NCBI GenBank assembly: GCA_964016885.1
Contig: OZ024740.1
Coordinates: forward strand, 392,584,001 to 392,648,000
Source: Eledone cirrhosa
Lineage: Eukaryota
Direction: 5' to 3'
DNA length: 64,000 nt
Within the stretch, counting starts at the first letter, position 1; the number at the start of each line of letters is the position of its first letter. This document shows positions 38,521-51,709 of the stretch, piece after piece. The notes under the pieces are model-generated. The model saw only the letters and a list, made by a program, of their open reading frames with translations. It was not told the DNA's origin and did not search any database. The translations under genes and the position numbers were made by a program.

Positions 38521-38811
38521 GGTACAAAATAATATTTACGAAACATGATACAGATTTGTCTGTGTGTGTGTGTGTTGGATATCACAGTCTGTAGACGAGT
38601 GTTTGCCAGTTAAGAGATAGAGAGAACGTGTTAATGTATGTGTGTGTGTAAAAGAGAAAGATAGTATGTTAGAGAAGGTGAGAGGCTGGTAGGTCAGTGT
38701 CGCTGGCATTTGCCGAAGCCTGTTGTGGTCAGCCAAGAGACTGATTGACCCACTGTCTGCGCACCAGCCTTTTATAGAAGTTACCCCCACCCCTTCCCTG
38801 AGAATCACTCC

Positions 38812-39096
38812 AGGTAGAGCCGCTATTTCTCCAAATTGAGAGATCGCAGCTCCAATACTTTGGACATGTGATTAGAATGTCTCAGGAAAGAATCGCTGGA
38901 CAGATTTTACGGGAAAAACCAACCGGCAGAAGACCCAGGGGTAAATCCCGAGCAAGATGGTTGGATAACATCTATGAGCTTGGCTGGTCTTGCTTGGGGA
39001 TCCAGTCAGATTAATTAGAGACGGTTGTTCCTGATAGGATCCGCTGGAAGGAATGTTTGAGGATTCTAGCCCCACGACCCTCTCAGGAAGAAGAAA
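38812..39096 (+). mobile_element. RTE-type LINE extreme 3' ORF fragment (different family)
   Basis: LQYFGHVIRMSQERIAGQILREKPTGRRPRGKSRARWLDNI...DRIRWK. Confidence 0.8.
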
Positions 39097-39520
39097 ATTT
39101 CCCGCATATGTAAACAGAAATTTGAAGAAGGAGCCAAAATGGCGATGCCGCGCACGTGCGCAGAAAACATCGCCGAAAAACCAAAAGTAAGACGATTACC
39201 CCCTTAGAACGCTGGAATTCTATAGTTTCTCACCCTCCTTCCTCAGTCATCACATAGATGTGTATGTAATAATAATTTTTTCTAAGTGCATCTGTTTATA
39301 TATATGAATGTGTAGATGAGTGTGTGTTTGTAATCCTATTGTCTATGTATCTTTCTACATAAACATATACAAACACATATTCACTCACATAATCATAACA
39401 GCCAATGTGTGTAGCTAATTCGCTAAACATATACACACACACAGGTGTAGCGAATGTTAGACGCTCCTTTCTGTTGTATGTCATCACCCTTCCTTCCTCA
39501 GTCATCTCTAATGTGTGGCT

Positions 39521-39708
39521 AGTGGATTGGCAGTATCGGTAGAGGGTCGGACGACATGCTTTGCAGCAAAGAGTTACGGCCCTTTATGGTCTGAGTTCAA
39601 ATCCCGCCGCGGTTAACTTTGCCTTTTATCCTTACGGGGTCGATAAAATAAAGTACCAGTAATGTACTGGGTAATTGCTGGCCTTGTGCCAAAAGTAGAA
39701 ACAATTAT
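39521..39708 (+). mobile_element. Full-length tRNA-derived SINE with Nin/Deu-like central domain (reference copy)
   Basis: A-box TGGCAGTATCGG, B-box GAGTTCAAATCC, core aactttgccttttatccttacggggtcgataaaataaagtaccag, tail ggccttgtgccaaaagtagaaacaattat; about 20 copies in the window. Confidence 0.88.
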
Positions 39709-39739
39709 ATTACTGATGACAATGTTAAGATGAAGCTAC

Positions 39740-40070
39740 AATGCAGAAATACATTCTAGACTGCATTCAAGAAGCTGTCCTGTTCATTGGCAAAAAACTC
39801 ATTTACCAGCAAGCTACTATCCCAGGTTCACAGTCACAATGTTCCATCTGTTTTCCTCTTCCAGAATTATTACCACTCTCTTTTACTATGAATTGCTAGT
39901 TGTGTATCAGCTCCACCCAGCTTACCCAAGAAACCTCACTTTTTTCCGCACCTCATTCATAGTTTGACACAGTTTCCGATCTCCCACTAAATGCTTTAAC
40001 TAGTACTGAAAACTGTTGGAATTACTAGGTTTACGTTTTCTCTGTAGACGTTGATACACTGAAGTTCAAG
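39740..40070 (+). mobile_element. Decayed L2/CR1-like LINE 3' fragment
   Basis: LDCIQEAVLFIG...TSKLLS resembles the LDRIQRRA.R.IG C-terminal block. Confidence 0.45.
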
Positions 40071-40080
40071 GTGATTATAT

Positions 40081-43000
40081 TTTAGGATATTAGTATCAGT
40101 GTATATATATATATATATTATCAAGAATGACAATAAATGCATGTGAGTGTTGTGACAAGGTTTTACTTCACAGAAGTCAAATAAATTAATATAAATAATT
40201 TGTTACCACATGTAGATGTTTAGTTGGTCACAACTCCCAGACTGGAGTGTGTAGAGAAGAACAGAAATCTTCTCTTGGAGGTGTTCAAGTATTTCTTTAG
40301 GCTGCCGGTATTCTTCTTCTTGCTGGCGAAGAAAGTGAGACAGGAGTCATCTCTTGACAAGGTCCCAGGTGGTCTTGTTGTCCCTTCGAAGTTCAGGATG
40401 CGAGAGAGGCTTATGCCTAGGTAGCCCTCAAACTTATAGTCCCCAGGGGGACGTAACTCCATTTAGTACATGAATCTGCTAATGGGGGTCGCGCCTGTCG
40501 CAAAGGGACGTAACTCCTATACGTGCTGAGTTACGACCGTCGTAAAGGGACGCAACTTCCATACGTGCTGAGTCACAGCCGTAAGAGGCCGCTAAAGTAC
40601 CCTCCTCCAGACGCTAGGCGAAAAGCCCGAAGGTAACTGTAGCGAACCCACAAGCGTGGTCTCCCAGCACAGGCATGAAATGGTAACGAGAAGGTACAAT
40701 CATGAAATGGTAACGAAAAGGTACATGGTAATACAATAACGAGAAAAACAAACAAAAATATGGCTCCAGTGGTCAGTTCACATGAAAACAGTTTGGCAGA
40801 GTTTTTTGGGCCAGTGGACTCTTCGACCGGAACAGGTCGTGGTCTTGTATGTAGGTGAATGTGGGGCAGAAGGAGCAGGTCTATGCACAAGAGAGAAAGA
40901 TTGGGGTATTTGTGGCTCGGGTGTATGAGCGTCATTGTATGCCCTTTTTAGTCAATCCACCGAAATTGTCTCTCTGGACCCCTTAATGTCTACAGTGAAA
41001 TGTTTGTCAGTACGTGTTAACACACGGTAGGGTCCAGAGTACGGTTGTGTGAGGGGTGGAGTAACCGCATCGTTTCTGACGAATACATGTGTCCATGAGG
41101 CAATATCCCTCGGGACTGCAGCTTTAACATTCTGTTTCCTAGTATTCATGGACGGTAAGTCCTGAAAATAGGAGCGCAAACGAGATACGTAGGAAACAGG
41201 GTCCTGGAAAGCAAAATAAACAGGGGCATTATAGAAGGTTAAATGCCATGACGGTCATGGCATTTAATCTTCTATAATCCCCAGTGGGTTTCCAGTCGCC
41301 GGAAGTCTTGGGCACCATGTGTAAAGGTGAAGCCCAAGGACTCGTAGATGGGCGAATAATGCCTAGCTGCAGCATATGGTCGAACTCAGACCGTGCTCCC
41401 TTTAATTTGTCCGCCGGTAAGTGGCGTGGACGCGAAAACACTGGAGCACCGGTGGTGGAAACGAAATGTTCAGTTGAGTGTGTTGGCTCAGTGACTCTAA
41501 AATTTCCATCGGTGAGCTCCGGGAAGGAACCTAACAACGAATGGTAGGCGTCTCCAGCGGCAGCGATGAAGAATATGGGGCTGACAGTTGGGGCATTGGC
41601 TTTCCGGCCACGAATTGAAAAACCGGTGATGTCATCCACCAGGCGTTGGCCACGGACGTCCACAGTCAAAGAGAAGTTATGGAGGAAATCCGCTCCTAAG
41701 ATAGGGTATGGCAAATCGGCAACCGTAAAAATCCACTTAAAATCCCTACGAAGATTTAGGAAATTGAGAGGAAGCGAGATTTGCCCGTACGTCTTTATAG
41801 ACGAGTGATTAACGGTCTGCAGAGTAACGGATGACTCCACGGTGGTATCTTTCAGGCAATGGACCGGCCAAATACTACAGGAGGCTCCTGTATCCACGAG
41901 GAAACCTCTTCCCGACATAAGGTCCTTAATGAAGAAATGGCGGTTTGGTGGCTTTATGTTGAGGTCAACTGCCCCCATCAGCGGACCTCTTAGGCGTTTC
42001 CCGCCTTATGAAACGAGCAAGGTTTCACGCAGTGGTTGGCGCTCTCGGCAAATCGCTCATGGTACCAGTATAAAGATGAACCTGGTGACTTGGAACAACG
42101 TCTATAAGATTGCGATCTCCCGCGGCTGCGGGGGCGCGAACGGGCACCACACAAGGCCTTCATCTTCTGGAGTTCCAGGGTGAGTTCCTGAATGGCCTTC
42201 TGCATCGCCATAATAGCTGAGCTGTCTATAGGCGCTGCCGCGCAGATGGCTTGGCCAGGTGTGGCCCGAGCTGGGTGGGAAACAGTGGCAAGGGCTTCGC
42301 TGCCTCCAGCACCCGTCACTTCGAAAACTTTGTCCGCGGAGGCTGCAAGCTGATCCACTGTGCAAGTATCCCTAATGGGGGTCAAAATTGCCTGTACGTT
42401 GGTCGGTAGGCGCGAGAAGAATGGCAGTTTCCGCTACCGACCCCTCCGTTAGGTCCTTCATTCGCCTTAGGAGGTTCGATGGGGTGCCATCACCTATATG
42501 CTCCAGATGGACCAGAGCCCTAAATCTTTTTTCTGCAGACTGTGCAGTCCGGCTGAGTATTTCAGCCTTCAGAGACTTGTACGTCGCGTTTGTGGGTGTC
42601 TCTAACACCAGGTCCTTAATCGCTGGGAGAAGTGCCGGCGGAATTGCACAAAGGACCAGAGGACGTTGTTGTGCCTCGTCAACTCTGTTCGCCTCGAAAA
42701 ATGCTTCGAGTTGGGCAAACCATAGCCTTACGTCTCCCGTGTACGTAGGTAGAACAGAATGAGATGCCATTGGTATACCGTAGGTAATTTTCCCAAAAAT
42801 TAAAAATCGTCTCCGTTTGGAAAAATCTCTCCAACACAACAGAAAAGGAAAACAAAATCGCTTGTTTTTCTCTGTCAAACAACTGGACAGGAACAATAAT
42901 TGTTTCTACTTTTGGCATAAGGCCAGCAATTACTCAGTACATTACTGGTACTTTATTTTATCGACCCGTAAGGATGAAAGGCAAAGTTAACCTCGGCGGG

Positions 43001-44084
43001 ATTTGAACTCAGACCGTAAAGGGACGTAACTATGGTGGAAAGCATTGCGTCCGACTCTCTACCGATACTGCCAAATGGCCGTGGAAAAATAATGCATCCG
43101 GGACAATATGCAAAGGAGCGACTAACCGAGCGATGTCATTCATAAGGTATAGGCAGGGAACTTAAAACTAAAACCTACATGGCGAACTATTTCGCGCCAA
43201 AAACACTAGTGATGTAGAAGAAAGCTGCCATCTTGTCATCCTCAAAATTTTTAGCCAGAGAAGAGAAGAAAAGAAGAAAAGGAGAAAAAAAAAAGCAAAA
43301 ACATTCATACAATTGCTGTTTGTTTGTGTGTAAATAACTTTGGGTGTTCGTTTTGCACATATGAGAGTTTGATGTTAAGTGTTACAGAGAAATATGTTTA
43401 GATCGGTCAATAGAGCCATATCAGAATCAAGTGTGTTCTGTATTAAATGTTTTTTTCTCTCTCTTTTTTTTTTATATACACATGGTACTATTTCCCATTC
43501 TTTTTTTTATTTGAAAAAAAAAAAAAGAAAAAAAGTCAGGTCACCAATTTAGGATATTAGTATCAGTGTATATATATATTATCAAGAATGACAATAAATG
43601 CATGTGAGTGTTGTGACAAGGTTTTACTTCACAGAAGTCAAATAAATTAATATAAATAATTTGTTACCACATGTAGATTTGGTCACAACTCCCAGACTGG
43701 AGTGTGTAGAGAAGAACAGAAATCTTCTCTTGGAGGTGTTCAAGTATTTCTTTAGGCTGCCGGTATTCTTCTTCTTGCTGGCGAAGGAAGTGAGACAGGA
43801 GTCATTCTTCTTCTTACTGGCGAAGGAAGTGAGACAGGAGTCATCTCTTGACAAAGTTTCAGGTGTTCTTGTTGTCGCTTCGAAGTTCAGGATGCGAGAG
43901 AGGCTTATGCCTAGGTAGCCCTCAAACTTATAGTCCCCAGGGGAACGCAACTCCATTTAGTACATGAATCTGGAGGTCGCGCCTGTCGCAAAGGGACGTA
44001 ACTCCTATACGTGCTGAGTTACGACCGTCGTAAAGGGACGCAACTCCCATACGTGCTGAGTCACAGCCGTAAGGGGCCGCTACA
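40081..44084 (-). mobile_element. Ty3/Gypsy LTR retrotransposon, CsRN1-like clade, internally deleted (gag, protease, start of RT and integrase GPY/F tail retained)
   Basis: LTRs 43548-44084 and 40081-40596, TSD ATAT, PBS TGGTGACCTGAC (43546-43535), PPT GGAGGAGGTAC; gag WFAQLEAFF and a CHCC-type knuckle remnant YWYHERFAESANHCVKPC; FLVDTGA; SPWASPLHMVPK..GDYRRLN; QPYSGPYRV. Confidence 0.93.
42895..43080 (-). mobile_element. Nin/Deu-domain SINE nested in the Gypsy 5' leader
   Basis: Near full-length family match between the PBS and gag. Confidence 0.85.
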
Positions 44085-45197
44085 ATATCCTGCATCAATC
44101 TCACACATTTTCGAAAGTCTATATAAACGATGGATATTACTGCTTTTCACCGACTAATTAACAGCAAAAATTACTGGTACCTATTTTATCATCTCCCAGG
44201 TGGATGATTGTCGAAGCCAGCTTCAGAGTGTTTTCTATTCAGAAAGTAGTTAGACGAAATGGAATATAGGAAGTCATTTAATACTTACTACGCTTTATTG
44301 TTTAAATTAACTAATCGCTTTCATAATAAAACCAATAACCTCTACAGTACCAACTGGATTTCTGGATTTAGTCTGAGTATAATTGAATTGGAACCAGAAA
44401 AGTTTGTGAATTCAAAACAAAGGGAATGTATTTTTCTCTTGAAGATTAAAAGCTGAAATGTCTACAAACAAACGAATTATAACATTGCTCTCTATTGCTT
44501 AGATCGGTCAGTAAGACGACGAGTTTACCATTTACGGACTATATATCACTTTAAAATAATCTATAGCATTAGATGCTCTGAACCGGAATGTTACATAGTA
44601 TACGAATACAAAAGGTATAATCTACCAATTTTCTTTCCTTCTGAGTGAATGAATATAATCCTCCACCGTCGAAGAATGGATTGACTTGGTTTTGGGGAAA
44701 TATTAATGGCTACGGGACATTTTCTTGGTTTCTACATGAATATAGTTGGTGTAAAGGTTAGGAAGGATTTTATAGCTTCCTGTCATGTTAGAATCTCTAC
44801 ATAAACAAGAGAGAAAAATATGATAAAAGTAAAATGGAATTTTGCTGTATGTTTTTCCAAACTTTTTCTTAAGCAATAATTGAAAATATCTTGTGAGCAT
44901 TCAATACAAATCGTAATAAAAAAAAAATGTTTGAAAAAGAAAGCTAAAGAGTAAATAAATATTTACAAACATATGGCAGTAACAATTTTGTGCAAATAAA
45001 TTCCATTTACTATTTTACTTTTTATTTCGTGTTAGTATATGATTGATAGATTCTAACTGATAAACTGGGAAAGCAAACAATGAGGAAATTATATCAAATA
45101 TTGAAATCCTATCTACTCCAAAATCACACTTAAATATGTACAATATGTCTGAAGAGTGTTTTGCATACTACATACATAACGTATCATATATATAATA

Positions 45198-45632
45198 TAG
45201 ACCTGAAAAATGCGCAAGCTCAAAAGAGCCACAGAATGTTATAATAAACCTTCAAAAGTGTGGGACTAGAGTTGTTGCTCAAAAATATTGTAATCATTAT
45301 CTATCGTACACTCTGTCGCATCCTTTTATAAAAAAGAGACTCATAACGAACTCAAGACGACACAATAATTATTTAAGCTAATGTTCAATATCTCATATTA
45401 GATGTTTAGTAATGATTAATACGAAATGCACTTAAACCGAATTCTATATTATAAATTATAATTATCGTGTCGTCTTGAGTTCGTTATGAGTCTCTTTTTT
45501 ATAAAAGGATGCCACAGAATGTACGATAGATAATGATTACAATATTTTTGAGCAACAACTCTAGTCCCACACTTTTGAAGGTTTATTATAACATTCTGTG
45601 TCTCTTTTGAGCTTGCGCATTTTTCAGGTCTA
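45198..45632. mobile_element. Fold-back element/MITE with ~180-bp inverted arms
   Basis: 45198-45376 is a near-perfect reverse complement of ~45452-45632; ends TAGACCTG...CAGGTCTA. Confidence 0.85.
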
Positions 45633-46514
45633 GTTTAATATTTTTTTAAGGCAACGCTTGTAATAACTCCAGTTAAACATGATATATATTAATAATAAAT
45701 TATCGTTGTAATGTAATTAGATTATATAATTGTTATTTTATAAATGATCTTATAAATATTATTGTAAGATGTATAAAAATATTTTCAGACTTTTAATATA
45801 AACAACTACAAAAAACAATCAATATTAAATAAATATATTTTACATAATAATTGTTATAGTTGAATTAATAAAAATTAAATATTACATACAAATAGTCTAA
45901 CATAATAAAAAAAAAATAATCTAACATAATAATAATAAAATAATCTAACATAAAACGAAAAATAATATGGACAATATACAAGTAAATATGATACAACCAA
46001 TATTATAAGCATGTTATAACGAACTGAAAAAAAATAGTTAATATAAATTTAAAAAACTTACCAAAACGAGAAAAATATTTTGATGATAAAACGACGAAAT
46101 ACAGGAGGAAGATTCGAAAGCGAAACGATAAATAAACGTGCAAACAAAGTGGCGGATGCTTTTGAGCAACAATTACTCTCATTGGTTGATTAGCCAATAA
46201 GACGATGAAATTAGCCAATAAGACGATACATTACAAAAGATGTTTGGCAGGGATCACCACGGCCAGCGAACCTTTTGAATTTTTATTCACAAGCTACGCA
46301 TATATGCCAGAAACGCAGACTTAAAACATTCTTTTGTTAGTCACTGCGTGTCTAACAGATAAGGAGTTGAGAAAATCCGATTAACTGTTATTACACAGGC
46401 AATTAATAGATAAAAATACCCCTAGACAGTGTCTAAAATCTAAAACAAAACCCCGCAACAATCAGGGGAGATCACGCTAATAAGACCGAAAGATTAAACA
46501 TTTTTGTAAATATT

Positions 46515-46618
46515 AATAATTATTTCTACTTTTGGCACAAGGCCAGCAATTATCCCAGTACATTACTGGTACTTTATTTTATCGACCCCGTAAGGATGAA
46601 AGGCAAAGTTAACCTCGG
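46515..46618 (-). mobile_element. Nin/Deu-domain SINE 3' half
   Basis: tttctacttttggcacaaggccagc...gaaaggcaaagttaacctcgg. Confidence 0.85.
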
Positions 46619-46619
46619 A

Positions 46620-48400
46620 ATGCAGATTAGAGTGGATATTCCCTTTATTGTCAACTGGCGAAAGCAGTGGATAGTGAGTGTAGTTCTGCGCCACCAACCA
46701 AGCTGCGAAGTAGGGCGTCATCGATGCACGAATAAGCAGTCACATACATCACAGAAGCAGGTCCTGAGAATGCACTGACCTGAAATATGGCAGCTTCTCG
46801 TCTATAAAATGGTGAAAATATCCTACGAGGGATTTGTGTCAGGACGAGTCAAGGCCGCTCGAAAAGCCTTTGTCCCCACCAATCCATGGGTTAAATGGTA
46901 ACTCTCCATGAAATGATTTACGCTTAACGTCTCTACAATAACTGAAAGTGTTTGGGCTGAAGGCTAGCAATCTACTCCCGTGATAAAACCCTTCGCTACA
47001 AAACAGTTCAAAGTGCAACAAACCAAAAGCAGTCAGGACGAAAATCGTCTCCACCTAGAAACAGTATGACGGATGAGAGAGAAAGCCCCTCTGAAAAGCT
47101 GCCACTTCGAAATCTCGAATCCTGTCTGCGAAATCTCTTACAGATATTGGATACTGGAACGTTCGAACAATGTACCAATCACCCAAACTGGCTCAAGTCA
47201 TCAACATCAAAGAAATGGAGACTTACAATCTAAACATATCAGGCTTCAATGAGTTCAGGGAAATTTAGATCAGAGGACAAGACTATTCTGTTTTTAGGAC
47301 GTCAAGTTAGAGTATATCAAGCTGGAATGGCCTTCATCTTGGATAAGTCTGCAAATGAGACCCTTGAGGAACGGTTTTTGACATCAAGATTTGTTACCTC
47401 ACACACTAAAGTCTGCTTAATACAGATGAACATGAGTATACGGACAAAGATGCATTCAACCAATAACTTTAGGACACAGTCAACATAATACCCTGTTATG
47501 ATATTGCCATCATCATGGGGGCATGAATGCCAAGATGGGAGGAAGCAGAAAAGCGTTTGAGCATGTGCTGGGTCCTTATGTGTTTGGTAACCGCACTTAC
47601 AATAGGAATAGATTAATTCATTTCTGTGCAATGAACAACATGAAGATCGGATCAACTCTCTTTGAACATTAGATCACATGGACTTTCAACGACCACGAGA
47701 CAAGGACCCAGATAGACCACTTAGCGATTGGACCTGAATGGAGAATGTCCTGTTTGCAAGATGTCAGAGTATATAAAGGTGCCGATGTCAGCAGCAGCTA
47801 CTACCTAGTCATCGCCAAAATTAAGATCAAACAGAGGAGGTAAGATAACAAGACATCATTTCCCAGGAGGTTTGACATACCCAAACTAAAAGATTCTAGG
47901 ACAGCCACCGACTTCGATGCAGTTCTTCAAAACAAATTCTCTGCCTTGGAAGTCACTCCACCAGGAAGTTCAGAATAATGACAATAGCTGGTGAAGAAAT
48001 ACTGGGGTACAAGAAGCCCATTAGAAAAGTATGGATTAGTGACTACACCTGGCAGATAATTAAGGAAAGAAAAGCTCTACATCAAAGAAAGTAGAACAAT
48101 GATGAGAATCGCAGTTGAAAAAGACAAGGAAGTAAAATGTAGTGATCCAACTGAGAAACGTCTGTAGTTGTAGAAGTGGAGTTCAGTGATAAACGAAATG
48201 ACATGAATGCTGTATATCAGATTGCTAAGATGACAGGTACTCCACAAAAGCAGGTCAGGCCAAATCAAGCAAAAGATGGAAACCTGCTGTCCAAAGCCGA
48301 AGATAAATGACGTAAGCCTGACTTTCTGGCAGTAACCGAAGAACTCTCTTATCATCTCCCAATTAATATTGGCGACTTATCGGGAAAAAAATATGGAAGG
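46620..48400 (+). mobile_element. Decayed RTE LINE 5' part (5' UTR and APE endonuclease)
   Basis: WNVRTMYQ, ITWTFNDHETRTQIDHLAI, QDVRVYKGADVSSSYYLVIAKIK, WISDYTW. Confidence 0.8.
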
Positions 48401-48419
48401 CCACCAAAACCCTAAAAAA

Positions 48420-49060
48420 CAACAAGACTCCAGAGATGCTCAAAGAGGAAGGGGAATGCTTCACCACATGGATGTGTCAGTTATGCAACCATATCTGGAA
48501 TACATCTCAATACATCTCAAAAGGAGTCAGTTACTTTGGATGACTTTTTTATGTTCTCATTTCCCAGGAAAACATTTACATATTTCAAATCATACCCATC
48601 CACGTTTATTGGAATTGCTGGAACAATATAAGTAGATGAGAATTACTCTTTTTGGTTGTATAGGTGTTGGCTTAGAATGATGTTGCCAGAAGCGTGTCAT
48701 ATCAAAAATACATTTTGCCCTATTCAGTGTTTTCACCTTGTATCATTGGGGATTTAACAAATCTGACTCTTGTCTGGGTCCTTAAAAGCGCAACTTAGGC
48801 ATAACTGAGAAATAAAAAGCAAACAATACAGGATAAAAAGGAACCAAGACACAACCCCTTTAGTACCAATACTAATTCCGAAAGACTCAGATGATTCTCT
48901 ACCCGAGATAATTGCAGCTTTCATACACTCATAAAGGAAAATATCATTTACATGTTTTCAAGTAATCCTATTTTCTTTAGTACTTTCCAGAGATCCTCTT
49001 GGTATACCGTAACGAATTCCAAGGTAAGGCCCACAAAAAACAATGTACAATTCCTAGTTT
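48420..49060 (-). mobile_element. Decayed LINE RT fragment in the opposite orientation
   Basis: Minus-strand remnants DLWKVLKKIG, KGVVSWFL and FEMYSR; heavily degenerate. Confidence 0.5.
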
Positions 49061-50105
49061 GCGTCCCCTACATTTTATGAAATCTCAACGAGTACATTAT
49101 ATAAATAACTTCTCTACTTAATCTAAAGCAATATAGGGAATCAGTAAATATATTTTCAACAAAATGAACAATCGATCTGATTAGGATAAGCTGAGATAGA
49201 ATTTCATTGGCAATACAAAGAAAGGAAATGTCAGGATGATTATCACACATTACTTCATTGTTTTAGTTATTGAAAATCTGATGGAAACATTCTGAAAGTA
49301 TCGGGAAATATGCTCGCTACTCTATATTAGCGAGAAAACTTCCAAATATTTATGACTCGATTTTTTGAAAGACTTCAAGATGTATATCATCTTGGCCATT
49401 TGTTTTATTGTAGCCCTTACATGTCCAAGAGTAGGTTTATATTGAAATTACATTATGTTTGTTCTTTGTGGAGTTGTATATACACATTCCCACATGTACT
49501 GTCATAATGAATGTATAGGTCTTTGGGCAATATAATGTGACAAATATTATTTATACTAATATTTTTGTTGCTGCTACTGTTGTTGTTTGCCATGAGCAGA
49601 TGTCTGTTTCTTAAGAATTTAAATATTGATAGCTTTTACTTCAAGCAAAATATTTTTGAAGAATTATTATACTTTGGAACTTTCGAGTCAACACCATTTT
49701 CTCCCCAGGGGTAAAACCTAAGGTATTCATCTTATGGCATTTGTATATATTATATTTCATAAATCTCCCCCATATCAATATATAGGCTATATATTGGTAT
49801 GGGGAGCGGAAATAAACGTTAATCTTAAAGGCGGTAAAAACATAACAAGATTTTCAAAGAAAATTTTGTTGAAAAGTGTAAAAAGATAAATAGATAGATA
49901 GATGCAGCAGAAAAAAAATGAAAAAAAAAATGATGACAACTAAACAAATAGATGCAATTAGGAACACAGAAATATATAAAAGAACCCATAAACCAACACA
50001 TAAAATGTAAATACAGATTCTGGCGATAGTGAAATTGCAAAAACAAAAGTTTTGCCAATATCGCATGGCAAGCATATTTTGAATTTGGTGCAACACTCTG
50101 AACAA

Positions 50106-51090
50106 TCTATATATATAAAACTGTGGTTGTCTGTCTTTCTATCGATTTTTGGCACACATCTCCTCTTAGAATCTCTGACGGAATTGCACCGAAATTGCTA
50201 TACTTGTACATTGAGCCCTAGCGAAGACATCGGAAAAAAAATATTTCAAATTGACCCACCCTATGTGACGAAATCGAATATAATGTATCGATTTTTGAGC
50301 GTAAGTTATCAGTTATTTCCCTTTGTTCTGTTTACATTGAGCGTCTTACGTAAAAAATTACGCTGGCTTTCTCAGCGTTTAAAATGACATTAACACAATA
50401 CACGAACAGTTGTCGAGCCAGCAAAATATTGACCTGCAAAATTCATCAGTTCGAACACTAGGCTTCCGTTTTGCTTCATTTCCATTTAAAAGCATTTTAA
50501 AACAATATTTTTACTTGAAAACAAGTCTATTTAAAGACTACGTAAAACAAGCAAATATTTCGTCGTTAGGCGTGCAGACAGACAGTCGTGCAGACAGACA
50601 GTCGTGCAGAGAGGTGATATAGGCGTGCAGACAGACAGTCGTGCAGAGAGGTGATATAGGCGTGCAGACAGATAGTCGTGCAGAGAGGTGATATAGGCGT
50701 GCAGACAGACAGTCGTGCAGAGAGGTGATATAGGCGTGCAGACAGACAGTCGTGCAGAGAGGTGATATAGGCGTGCAGACAGACATAACTGATAATTTGG
50801 TTACGCTAATGTTTTTCTCTGCGTTGCAGTGTTTACATTTTCGATCTTTGTTAATAAATAACCAGTGCAGTTTCTATCCCCAGCATCCTCTTTTGTTATA
50901 ACATTCGGGTTATCGTTATGTTTTCTTAACTTCATAAGGCATATTGTTGGTTGAGGGAATATTAATCAAAAACACCACATGCAAGTCTGCACAGTAGACA
51001 CTACAGTTTTTAAGCCAAGAAAGAAACTTAACATTGTAACTTTAACACAGCTACTGAGCGACCCCGAGTAACGCCGGGCTTTACTGCTAG
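50106..51090 (+). mobile_element. Non-autonomous Helitron
   Basis: A|TCTATATATATAAAA 5' end, subterminal hairpin CCCGagtaacgcCGGG, CTAG|T 3' end, inserted between A and T without TSD. Confidence 0.85.
50568..50785. repeat. 37-bp minisatellite (~5.5 units) inside the Helitron
   Basis: aggcgtgcagacagacagtcgtgcagagaggtgatat at 50621, 50658, 50695 and 50732. Confidence 0.95.
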
Positions 51091-51709
51091 TAATAAATAA
51101 AAGAGAAAGAAGCGATGTAGAATAGAAACATTATGAAATATTTTCGTTGCCTGGCGATTTTCTTTTCGAAGTAATGACGAAGAGAAGGATGAAATATTTC
51201 TGCCTTTCGAAAAAAAGGAGACTTTCGGTGTATTCACCAATTGTGCCTTTATAATTATAAAGGCACAATTGGTCAGTGTGTAGGATGATATGGTTTCTAT
51301 TAACCAGGACAGGGTATATAAGAATGTATGCCTAGTATTCGAAAGTGAGGACGAGTTGAGATAGCAGGTCAAATTTGTGTGCCATATACTGGCCTATAAG
51401 GTTGCGCCACAATATATGGATCAGGCTATTGATTCAGCTATTGACTCTTGGCTCACCATAACATTTGCGGTATCAGACGGGTATGTTATGAGGGCTAAGA
51501 ATACAAGAAATGGGATCTGCATGAACATGTAAATTCTAATGGTCCTTGTAAACCCCAAAGCCATTTCAAACGTGGCTACGTCGTTGTGTTCTTGATTAAA
51601 ATATCTTTATTTATCGATTTTGCTAAACATTTACTTAGGGCTAACAAAATAAAGTATCAATCAACATTAATCTATATTAATCAACTGTGCCCTCTATACT
51701 CCTCTTGTA

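Noticed and set aside
39215-39252. Minus-strand CTGAGGA...GAAACTATAG motif
   Set aside because: No stem II pairing and no valid cleavage triplet.
40220-40462. ORFs repeated within LTRs (also 43624-43956, 15691-15894 and 17315-17518)
   Set aside because: They recur only because the LTRs are duplicated; no recognisable domain.
50568-50785. CRISPR-like 37-bp repeats
   Set aside because: Contiguous tandem units with no spacers, inside a Helitron.
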